Translations under genes and position numbers: made by a program
The notes under the pieces: model-generated
The model's database searches: none
Seen by the model: only the letters and a program-made list of their open reading frames with translations
Told to the model about the DNA's origin: nothing
Origin: an uncultured Actinomycetes bacterium
Lineage (GTDB): Bacteria > Actinomycetota > Actinomycetes > S36-B12 > CAIYMF01
Direction of reading: 5' to 3'
Assembly: GCA_963843975.1 (NCBI GenBank)
Contig: CAWJMG010000003.1
Location: 2,700,001 to 2,732,000 of the forward strand
Length of the DNA stretch: 32,000 nucleotides
Shown: positions 8,348 to 15,620 of the stretch, in pieces
How positions within the stretch are numbered: the stretch's first letter is position 1
Layout of the letters: every line of letters begins with the position of its first letter

Positions 8348-8869
8348 AGCCGGGAGCCACGACAATGACCTGTAGGCGGCGTCAGAAACCTCTCCGCCAC
8401 GCTGGCACACAACTGACACACGATGGTGTTTCGGAGTGCGCCGTGGTGCCCCCGGAGGCCGGCCCTTCCGGAGCGTCCCTTCAGCCCCTGCCGGATCCGT
8501 CGCCGGCTGGACGGGCCTAGGCGGTGGAAGCGGTGGAAGTCGCGCCAAGGTGGTCACCGAGGGGCGCCATCGCCGTCGTCGCCGCCTGTGTGTGTTGACC
8601 GTGAGGTGCACGTCGATCCGAGTACGGCACGGGCGCAGCGCGCCGTCGAGCATGTCGGCGGGCACCTGCTGGCCGACGACCTCGCCCACGACGGGCCGGC
8701 CACGGTTCGCGACGCCGTGGGATCCCGTCCTCGGCGGACGACGCCGACAAGCAACTGACTAGCAGCAACGTACGCGCGTCCGCAGGCCCGGCCCAGCCGA
8801 CAGTGCGTCAGGCGCATTCCGTGCTGATCGAGCGTCGTCTAGCGGGTCCGGGACTGTCTCTGGAACGCC

Positions 8870-9358
8870 CTACGCCCCGCCTCCGATCCTGGCCGCGGTC
8901 AGCAGCCGCCTGCTGTGGCGCACAGTACGAGGTGCGCTGGAGCCGAGGCGGAGGGTACGGCGCGCCGGACCCACGGCCTGGGACACGTGCAGCGCGCGGC
9001 GCATCTCGGAGAGCGCACGCAGCATCGCTTCTTCTCGCTGTTCTTCCAACGCGTCTCGAGGCGCCTCGGCATCGCGAACGAACAAGGATGCCAAGGCTGC
9101 GCTCACCATGGCGAGAAGGAGAAAGCCCATGACCATCAACAGGATCGAGAGGGCCTGGCCAGCGTACGTCGTCGGGGGTTCGCCGACGAAGCCGACCGTC
9201 GTCACGAGGCTGATCGCCCACCAGATCCCCGCCCAGGGCGACTCCACCGTATCGGTCTCGATGGCGGCGGCGGCCCCGGCGGCGACCAGGGTAACCAGCG
9301 CACTGACGAGTACGAACGGAAGCACCCAGGCGCGTCGTACACGCCACTGAAACGTCAT
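8870..9358 (-). CDS. Small two-TM potassium-channel-like protein (Ion_trans_2 type)
   Basis: Start taken at MTFQWRV (ATG, complement of 9356-9358) inside track ORF 8870..9472. TM1 (AWVLPFVLVSALVTLVAAGAAAA), pore helix plus filter-like WWAISLVTTVGFVGEP, then TM2 (ALSILLMVMGFLLLAMVSAALASLF). The C-terminal tail is Arg-rich and of uncertain reality. Confidence 0.65.
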   Translation of the reverse strand: MTFQWRVRRAWVLPFVLVSALVTLVAAGAAAAIETDTVESPWAGIWWAISLVTTVGFVGEPPTTYAGQALSILLMVMGFLLLAMVSAALASLFVRDAEAPRDALEEQREEAMLRALSEMRRALHVSQAVGPARRTLRLGSSAPRTVRHSRRLLTAARIGGGA

Positions 9359-9473
9359 GCGCTCGAGCCTAGGGCAGCCCTGCGACTCGCACGGAGGAAG
9401 CTCCGTCTCTCCCATGCGACGTCGACGCCAGGCGGCAACCGCCGGGTGACCGCCGCCTGAGAAGCGCACCACG

Positions 9474-9491
9474 CTCTCAACGATCTCTCAG
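9474..9491 (+). promoter_or_regulatory. Phased direct repeats CTCTCAAcgatCTCTCAG upstream of ABC operon
   Basis: CTCTCA[AG] at 9474 and 9485 (11-bp phase), 42 and 31 nt upstream of ATG 9516. Same repeat unit as at 14937, 22738 and (reverse strand) 28560. Confidence 0.4.
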
Positions 9492-9515
9492 GCGCGGGTC
9501 CCTAACGTCCCTGAC

Positions 9516-10253
9516 ATGGCTGACATCGCGATCCGCACCCAGGGGCTGAGCAAGTCCTACGGCGACACTCTCGCCCTCCGAGACCTAGACCTCTCGATCC
9601 CCACCGGCGAGGTGTTCGGGCTCCTCGGCCACAACGGCGCCGGCAAGACCACAACCGTGAACCTGCTGACCACGTTGCTCCAACCCACCTCCGGTGTCAT
9701 CGAGGTGGCGGGAGCCGACGCGTCCCTCCATCCGGACGACGTTCGGCGGATGATCGGCTACCTGCCCGAGAACGTGCAGTTCTACGACAACCTCACCACC
9801 ATGGAGAACCTCCGGTTCTTCGGACGGCTGTCCGGGCTGTCCAAGCCCGATGCGCGCATCCGTGAGGTCCTCTCCTACCTGGACTTCTCCGACCACGACA
9901 ACGATCGACTCGGGTCCTTCAGCAAGGGCATGCGACAGCGAGTGGGGATCGCCCAGGCGATCCTGCACGAGCCCTCGGTTCTGTTCCTGGACGAGCCGAC
10001 ATCCGGGCTCGACCCTGAGGGCGTCCGTCAGCTGCGTGACGTCATCGTGTCGCTCAACCGCGATCTCGGCATGACCATCTTCATGAACACGCACCTCCTG
10101 TCCGAAGTCACCAGGACGTGCACGAGCATCGGCGTCCTCCGCCGGGGCGAGCTGGCGTACCACGACTCGCTGTCGGCAACCCTTGCCGCATTCCCCGGCG
10201 AAAGCTCGCTGGAGGAGATCTACCTGCAGATCGAATCGGCAGGCACCGCATGA
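9516..10253 (+). CDS. ABC transporter ATP-binding protein (ABC-2/LanF/BcrA-like subfamily)
   Basis: Walker A GHNGAGKTT, Q-loop, signature FSKGMRQR, Walker B VLFLDEPTSGLD, H-loop NTHLL. Stop overlaps the next start (ATGA 10250-10253). Confidence 0.93.
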   Translation: MADIAIRTQGLSKSYGDTLALRDLDLSIPTGEVFGLLGHNGAGKTTTVNLLTTLLQPTSGVIEVAGADASLHPDDVRRMIGYLPENVQFYDNLTTMENLRFFGRLSGLSKPDARIREVLSYLDFSDHDNDRLGSFSKGMRQRVGIAQAILHEPSVLFLDEPTSGLDPEGVRQLRDVIVSLNRDLGMTIFMNTHLLSEVTRTCTSIGVLRRGELAYHDSLSATLAAFPGESSLEEIYLQIESAGTA

Positions 10254-11149
10254 ACGCCGTCGTGGCCACAGCACGCCAGGAGCTGATCAGCCTGAGGCGT
10301 GAGCGCCTTCCACTCGTCCTGCTCGTGGTGTTCGTGCTGATGGTGTCGGTCTCGAGCCTCATCGGCTGGTTGACCACGACGACCGTGAGCAGCGTCTGGG
10401 AGAAGACCACGCAGGCCGGCCTGACCAATGCCCCCAACCCGTTCGCGAACGTCTCCGGTCTGTACTTCGCCCGGAACACGGTCATCTACCTGGTCCTGAT
10501 CGGCGCGTTGATGGCGATCGTGGTCGGTGTCACCTCGGCCATGCGCGACCGCAAGGCACGCACTCTGGACATGGTCCTCAGCCGTCCGCTCACGGTCCGT
10601 TCGTACCTCCTGGGCAAGGTCCTCGGAGTGACCGTGTGGCTTGCAATCGTGCTCGTGAGCGTCGGAATCATCAGCTGGGGATCCATCTCGGCAATCTCGG
10701 GCTCGCCCCTTGGAGTCGCAGACACGGGCCGGTTGATCGCGTTCTACGCGATCGCGCTGCTCCTCCTTCTGTCATTCGTGATTCTGGGGATGGCGAGCGG
10801 CATCTACAGCTCGCGGGAGACCACCGCGCTGCTCGTGCCGATCAGCATCTGGAGCGTCGCGGCGTTCGTCCTACCGCAGATCGGCACCTCGGCGAACCCC
10901 GTATCTCTGCTCAACCCCGTCCCCGCGGTGAAGATCCCCGGCGGCGCGTTCGACACCCTGAACGCCGTCCTGAGCCCGTTGTCCGTGACCGAGCAGTTCA
11001 AGACCGCGAGCGGACTCCTGCTCAGAGACACCGAGGTCGTCGGCAGCCTGCCGTTCTCCCTGTCCGTCATCGTCGTTGCCGTCGGCATCGGCGCACTCGT
11101 CCTCGCGACCGTCAAGCGGGACCGCATCCGAGGAGCACTCCGTGACTGA
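10250..11149 (+). CDS. ABC-2-type transporter permease (first of two)
   Basis: MNAVVATARQELISLRRERLPLVLL is the typical N-terminus of ABC-2/NosY-type permeases, followed by about 6 hydrophobic spans. The upstream part of track ORF 10118..11149 overlaps the ATPase gene. Overlaps the next gene by 8 nt. Confidence 0.8.
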   Translation: MNAVVATARQELISLRRERLPLVLLVVFVLMVSVSSLIGWLTTTTVSSVWEKTTQAGLTNAPNPFANVSGLYFARNTVIYLVLIGALMAIVVGVTSAMRDRKARTLDMVLSRPLTVRSYLLGKVLGVTVWLAIVLVSVGIISWGSISAISGSPLGVADTGRLIAFYAIALLLLLSFVILGMASGIYSSRETTALLVPISIWSVAAFVLPQIGTSANPVSLLNPVPAVKIPGGAFDTLNAVLSPLSVTEQFKTASGLLLRDTEVVGSLPFSLSVIVVAVGIGALVLATVKRDRIRGALRD

Positions 11150-12113
11150 CACCCTGGTCATCGCACGCAAGGAGCTCCTGGATCTCCGGCGAAACCGCTT
11201 CCTGCTGCTCGTTCTCACGTTCGTCCTCGTCGCGGTCGTCATCTCCGTCGTGGTGTCGGCCACGCAGTTCGGCGTAAAGCTCGACGCCTACACCACCTAC
11301 ATCGACGCTCTGCGCGCCAGCGGCTCCACTGCCACGCCGGCTCCTCCGCAGCTGTTCCCGCTGCAGCTGCTGCGCGGCTCGATCGAGTACGTCGAGATCC
11401 TGGGCGCCCTGTTCGCGATCGTCATGGGATACGGCGTCATCGCCAAGGAGAAGCAGCGCGCAACCCTCCAGCTGATCTTCAGCAGGCCGATCGCTCGATA
11501 CGCCTTCCCTGCCGGGAAGCTCCTCGCTCTGGCGCTTGCCTGGCTGGTCGCGGTTCTCGTCATCTTCGGATCGGTCACCGTGACCGTGGCGCTCGTCGGG
11601 CATGCCCAGTTCGCTGCGATCGACTACCAGCGCCTGGCGATCGCAGCTTCGATGTCCTGGGCGTATGTGGTGTTGTGGAGCGCCACGGCGATGGGTCTTG
11701 CTTCGCTGACCAAGCGGCTCAGTACAGCGCTCATCGTCGCCCTGGTCCTCTGGCTCGTCGTGGTCCTGATCGTTCCCCAGATCGGCGACACCATGGATCC
11801 GGACAACCAGGTTCCCGGCGGGCTGTTCAAGAGCCTGTCCATTGCGAAACCCGACGAGAAGGCAGTGCTGGCCAACTTCACGGGGTTCGACACCGTGCGC
11901 AACGGCCTCGAGGTCTCGTCGATCACCAAGCAATACGAGCGATTCGCCTTCGCATTCCTCGGCATCAAGGACCAGTTCAACCAGCAGCCTCTTGCGACTG
12001 CGTGGACCGGCACCTGGAACAACGCGATGTCGCTGCTGCTCGCATCCATATCCGCGCTCGTGTTCGCCGTCCTCGCCTCAACCCGCACCAAGCTACTCAG
12101 GAGATCATCATGA
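11142..12113 (+). CDS. ABC-2-type transporter permease (second, paralogous)
   Basis: GTG 11142. VTDTLVIARKELLDLRRNRFLLLVL parallels the N-terminus of the preceding permease. Multiple TM spans. Stop overlaps the next start (ATGA 12110-12113). Confidence 0.8.
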   Translation: MTDTLVIARKELLDLRRNRFLLLVLTFVLVAVVISVVVSATQFGVKLDAYTTYIDALRASGSTATPAPPQLFPLQLLRGSIEYVEILGALFAIVMGYGVIAKEKQRATLQLIFSRPIARYAFPAGKLLALALAWLVAVLVIFGSVTVTVALVGHAQFAAIDYQRLAIAASMSWAYVVLWSATAMGLASLTKRLSTALIVALVLWLVVVLIVPQIGDTMDPDNQVPGGLFKSLSIAKPDEKAVLANFTGFDTVRNGLEVSSITKQYERFAFAFLGIKDQFNQQPLATAWTGTWNNAMSLLLASISALVFAVLASTRTKLLRRSS

Positions 12114-12739
12114 ACCGACGTACCGTCACAGCCCTCGGCGCCAGCGTTCTGCTCGGGGTCGCCGCTCTCACCGGCTGCTCCGCTGCCACCACGGCGGGGT
12201 CGGGCAGCCCATCCTCGAGCTCTGTCGTCCCAGCACCCGGGAGCCCTAGCGCGTCGAGTCCGGCCGCTTCCAGCCCCGACGGCAGCGCCCCCGCCGGCGT
12301 GGTCCTGCCGGTCCCCTCGAACCCGATCAGCAACACGTCGACGGCCTCGACGCTGGTGATCACGAAGGCGGCTGTCGAGGACAACGTCGATCCCGCCACC
12401 GGGAAGGCGATCGACGATCGACTGCAGCTGACGCTGAAGAACACCGGGACCGCGCCCCTCACGGGGTTCGAGGTCTACTACTCGATGACGGATGTCGTCA
12501 CGAAGCAGACGGAGGGCTACTACCAGAAGCTCGACGGCCTCAGCGTGGCTGCCGGCGCAGAGACCACGGTCTACTTCGACAAGCTCAACCAGCCGGGGCA
12601 CTACCCGGAGAACGAGTTCAGCATCTACCGGAGCTCGACGAACGAGGTCGACTTCGCCATCCAGGTGAGCGCGACCGGCGCCAAGGTCGCCGACGCCACT
12701 GCGGTCAAGTCGACGGGTACGGGCGAGAAGGTCGACTGA
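12110..12739 (+). CDS. Lipoprotein of unknown function (operon partner of ABC transporter)
   Basis: Signal peptide with lipobox MNRRTVTALGASVLLGVAALTGC|S. A Ser/Pro/Ala-rich linker is followed by a roughly 140-aa beta-rich looking domain (VITKAAVEDNVDPATGKAIDDRLQLTLKNTGTAPLTGFEVYYSMTD...). The upstream part of track ORF 11675..12739 is out of frame over the permease. Confidence 0.75.
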   Translation: MNRRTVTALGASVLLGVAALTGCSAATTAGSGSPSSSSVVPAPGSPSASSPAASSPDGSAPAGVVLPVPSNPISNTSTASTLVITKAAVEDNVDPATGKAIDDRLQLTLKNTGTAPLTGFEVYYSMTDVVTKQTEGYYQKLDGLSVAAGAETTVYFDKLNQPGHYPENEFSIYRSSTNEVDFAIQVSATGAKVADATAVKSTGTGEKVD

Positions 12740-12747
12740 CCCGCCCT

Positions 12748-12783
12748 GGGCCTGTCGGACGCCGCAGCGCGTCCGACAGGCCC
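12748..12783 (+). terminator. Stem-loop after lipoprotein gene
   Basis: GGGCCTGTCGGACGC (12748-12762) pairs perfectly with GCGTCCGACAGGCCC (12769-12783) around a 6-nt loop, 9 nt after the stop. No U-tract, as is common in high-GC actinobacteria. Confidence 0.6.
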
Positions 12784-12808
12784 TGCCGTCACACTGGACT
12801 GGAAGGGA

Positions 12809-13519
12809 GTGCCCATGCGGATCCTTGTCGTCGACGACGAGGTCAACCTCGCCAAGACCCTCAAGCAGGGCCTGGAGTCGGAGGGGTTCACCGTCGACAT
12901 CGCCCACAACGGGGAGGATGCGCTGTGGGCCGCAACGGAGCAGGGGTACGACCTCGTCGTCCTGGATCTCATGCTCCCTAAGCTCAACGGCTACAAGGTC
13001 GTGGAACGGCTGCGTCACCGGGGGGTGTGGACGCCGATCCTCATGCTCACGGCCAAGGACGGCGAGTACGACCAGGCGGACGCGCTCGACCTCGGTGCGG
13101 ATGACTACCTCACGAAGCCGTTCAGCTTCGTCGTCCTCCTGGCACGGATCCGGGCCCTGTTGCGGCGCATCGTGGCCGAGCGGCCGACTGTGCTAGCCGT
13201 CGGTGATCTGACGCTCGATCCCGTGACGTGCGCCGTGGCCCGAAGAGGAAACGCCGTCGAGCTGACCCCACGCGAGTTCGCGCTCCTGGAGTACCTGATG
13301 CGTAACCCAGGAAAGGTGGTCACCAAGAGTGAGCTCATCGACCACGTCTGGGATACGAACTTCGACGGACCTCTGAACGTCGTCGAGGTCTACGTCGGGT
13401 ACCTCCGCAAGAAGGTAGACGCGCCCTTCGACGTGCAGTCCATCGTCACCGTCCGCGGGTTCGGCTACCGGTTGGATGCTGTCGGCGAGCCCTCAGCCGC
13501 CAACGACAGCACCACCTGA
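12809..13519 (+). CDS. OmpR/PhoB-family response regulator (paralog 1)
   Basis: MPMRILVVDDE...LDLMLPKLNGY...LMLTAKDGEYDQADALDLGADDYLTKPFSFVVLLARIRALLRR...LTPREFALLEYLM...TVRGFGYRL. The alternative ATG is 12815. The 3' end overlaps the convergent kinase gene by 55 nt. Confidence 0.92.
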   Translation: MPMRILVVDDEVNLAKTLKQGLESEGFTVDIAHNGEDALWAATEQGYDLVVLDLMLPKLNGYKVVERLRHRGVWTPILMLTAKDGEYDQADALDLGADDYLTKPFSFVVLLARIRALLRRIVAERPTVLAVGDLTLDPVTCAVARRGNAVELTPREFALLEYLMRNPGKVVTKSELIDHVWDTNFDGPLNVVEVYVGYLRKKVDAPFDVQSIVTVRGFGYRLDAVGEPSAANDSTT

Positions 13520-14868
13520 GCGCCACCCAGATCGCTCGCGCCGATCAATGCGTCACCTCCATGGATCCGCGCGATCTGGCGGACGATGGCAAGTCCAAGA
13601 CCGCTACCGCCTTCGTCGCGGGAGCGGTGCTCGTCGAGCCTCACGAAGCGGTTGAACACGTCCGACCGCAACTCCGCGGGGATCCCGGGCCCGTCATCCT
13701 CAACGGTCAGCACGACCGTCGTGCCCTGGCTCCGGGACGTCAGTCGGATCGTCGACGATGCGAACCTGGCTGCATTGTCCACGAGGTTGCGCACGGCCTG
13801 GGCCACCTGGTCCGGGTCCGCGTGGACCCGGGCCGGCTCGACATCCAGCTGAACGACCAGTGCGGACTGGGCCCGTAGCCGGCGCGCCTCCGCCATGAGG
13901 ATGTCGTCGACGTCGACGTCCACCCGTCGCTTCGCCAGCGAGTGCTCCTCGGATCGGGCCAGCAGCAGGAGGTCTCCCACCAGTCGGGTCATCCGTTCGA
14001 CCTCGTCGTCGAGCACCCGCTGGGCGTCAGGTCCGATGTCACCGCCCCTCCGGCCGGCTACGTCCAACGACGCGCGCATCGAGGCCAGCGGGCTGCGCAG
14101 CTCATGACTGGCATCGGCCACGAACTGCCTCTGACTCGCCATGGCACTCTCTAGCCGGGCCAGCATCAGGTTCATCGTGACCGCCAGGCGTTGGATCTCG
14201 TCGTTCGCCGGAGGAACGGGTACGCGCTCATCCAGTTCTCCGCCGCCGATGCTGTCGACTCGCTGACGTATCCGATCGACGCTTGCCAACGATCGACCGA
14301 CCGCAGCCCAGGTGACCGCTCCGACGGCGACGAGCAGCAGTGGGGCGATGAGCAAGAGCGCCACCACGACGACGCCGACGGTCCTCTGCACGGGCACGAG
14401 CGACTGGGCGGCCACGACCGTCACGGGGCCACCCGTGCCTCCGGCCGCCACAGCCACCACCTGGTAGTCGGCGCCATCGACGAAGTCCAGCGGGGTCTGG
14501 ACCGACACCGGGCCCGACCCCGCCGCGATCGGTGCCACGATCGCCGCTTCGTCGGCGATGCTCGACGACGACACGAGAACGGCACCGGACGCATCGAGGA
14601 CTTGCACGATCGTTGTGTCACCGGGCGCCGCACCCGCCGTCACGAGGGCTGCGTCGACGCCCCCGGCTTCGATCTGAGCCGCGATGTCCTTCGCGCGCTG
14701 CTCGGTAGCCTGTTGGACCGACGACGACAGCGCGAACTGCAGCACCATCACCAAGCCGGCGCCAGCGACGACCAGGGCCACGAGCACCACCACGACGGAC
14801 GCCGCCGTCGAACGGGTACGAGCGCCCCGGCGGGCCCACCAGCCTGACGCGCCCGCTCTCAGGCTCAT
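13465..14868 (-). CDS. Sensor histidine kinase (paralog 1), convergent with its presumed regulator
   Basis: TM1 (VVVVLVALVVAGAGLVMVL), a roughly 130-aa extracytoplasmic segment (IVQVLDASGAVLVSSS...), TM2, HAMP. H-box FVADASHELRSPLASM, N-box VRNLVDNAARFA, then DDGPGI and GGSGLGLAIV. Confidence 0.92.
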   Translation of the reverse strand: MSLRAGASGWWARRGARTRSTAASVVVVLVALVVAGAGLVMVLQFALSSSVQQATEQRAKDIAAQIEAGGVDAALVTAGAAPGDTTIVQVLDASGAVLVSSSSIADEAAIVAPIAAGSGPVSVQTPLDFVDGADYQVVAVAAGGTGGPVTVVAAQSLVPVQRTVGVVVVALLLIAPLLLVAVGAVTWAAVGRSLASVDRIRQRVDSIGGGELDERVPVPPANDEIQRLAVTMNLMLARLESAMASQRQFVADASHELRSPLASMRASLDVAGRRGGDIGPDAQRVLDDEVERMTRLVGDLLLLARSEEHSLAKRRVDVDVDDILMAEARRLRAQSALVVQLDVEPARVHADPDQVAQAVRNLVDNAARFASSTIRLTSRSQGTTVVLTVEDDGPGIPAELRSDVFNRFVRLDEHRSRDEGGSGLGLAIVRQIARIHGGDALIGASDLGGAQVVLSLAAEGSPTASNR

Positions 14869-14936
14869 GCACGCGAGGATAGGCCCCGCCCCTGAGAGGA
14901 TGCTGAGCGCCGCCAGCGGCGGACGTGCCGCCCCTG

Positions 14937-14954
14937 GCTCTCAGCGGACTCTTG
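14937..14954 (+). promoter_or_regulatory. Phased direct repeats CTCTCAGcggaCTCTTGG upstream of acidic-protein gene 1
   Basis: CTCT[CT][AT]G at 14937 and 14948 (11-bp phase), 85 and 74 nt upstream of ATG 15022, in the HK/acidic-protein divergent intergenic region. CTCTTGGgtGGATC resembles CTCTTGGacGGATC of the 28560 site (gene orientation). Confidence 0.4.
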
Positions 14955-15021
14955 GGTGGATCCCTGCACTGTGTTCGAGAGCGGCTGCACCGCAGCCGCC
15001 GGACACAGAAGGGTCTTCCCC

Positions 15022-15438
15022 ATGCGCATCACCAGGAAGCACACCATCGCCGCAGCCGCCGCCGGAACCGTCATCGCACTGATCGGCAGTTCCGGGATCG
15101 CCATGGCCGCCGGCCAGCCGGCCCCCACCAGGACCGCAGGCACAATCGCCGTCCCGGCGGCAGCTTCGCCGGGCACCCCGTCGGCCGGCGACGAGAGCGC
15201 CGCCGAAGGCATCGACGACGGCACCAACCAGGGCCTGGACGCCAACACCAACGAGCCGGGCCACCAGGACGCCAGCTCCACCGGCGACGCGGCCGAGGGC
15301 CCTGAGTCCGGTGCAGAGGGAGCCGAGTCCGCCACCGACGACGGGACCGACAAGGGCCCGGACGCCAACCCCAACGAGCAGGGGCACCAGGACGCTGGCA
15401 GCGCGGGCGACGCCACTGACACCCAGAGCGACAACTAG
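15022..15438 (+). CDS. Small secreted hyper-acidic low-complexity protein, copy 1 (unrecognised family)
   Basis: ATG 15022 inside track ORF 14956..15438. Signal peptide MRITRKHTIAAAAAGTVIALIGSSGIAMA. Mature part has 22 D+E vs 2 K+R (hand count). Internal repeat DDGTNQGLDANTNEPGHQDASSTGDA / DDGTDKGPDANPNEQGHQDAGSAGDA (DNA 15214-15290 vs 15337-15413). Confidence 0.7.
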   Translation: MRITRKHTIAAAAAGTVIALIGSSGIAMAAGQPAPTRTAGTIAVPAAASPGTPSAGDESAAEGIDDGTNQGLDANTNEPGHQDASSTGDAAEGPESGAEGAESATDDGTDKGPDANPNEQGHQDAGSAGDATDTQSDN

Positions 15439-15445
15439 CAGATCA

Positions 15446-15485
15446 GCGCGTGTGGGCCACGGGACTCGCCGTGGCCCACACGCGC
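15446..15485. terminator. 17-bp perfect stem-loop between convergent genes
   Basis: GCGCGTGTGGGCCACGG (15446-15462), loop GACTCG, CCGTGGCCCACACGCGC (15469-15485). It lies between the stop of the acidic-protein gene (15438) and the stop of the minus-strand kinase (15621). Confidence 0.7.
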
Positions 15486-15620
15486 GCGCCTGATGCCCGG
15501 TTGGACCCGGGCGACCATCGCCAGGATGCGCAGCACCAGCCGCGCGGGCCGTGACTCGCAGTGAGACGCCGCCAGGACGCACGGAGGCCGGTCCCCGCTA
15601 CGGGTCAGGCCGTCGGACGC

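Noticed and set aside
11112-13018. Minus-strand ORFs 11112..11933 and 11624..13018 (273 and 464 codons)
   Set aside because: They are antisense to the permease, lipoprotein and regulator genes. They have no motifs and an Arg/Asp/Gly-rich composition typical of antisense frames.
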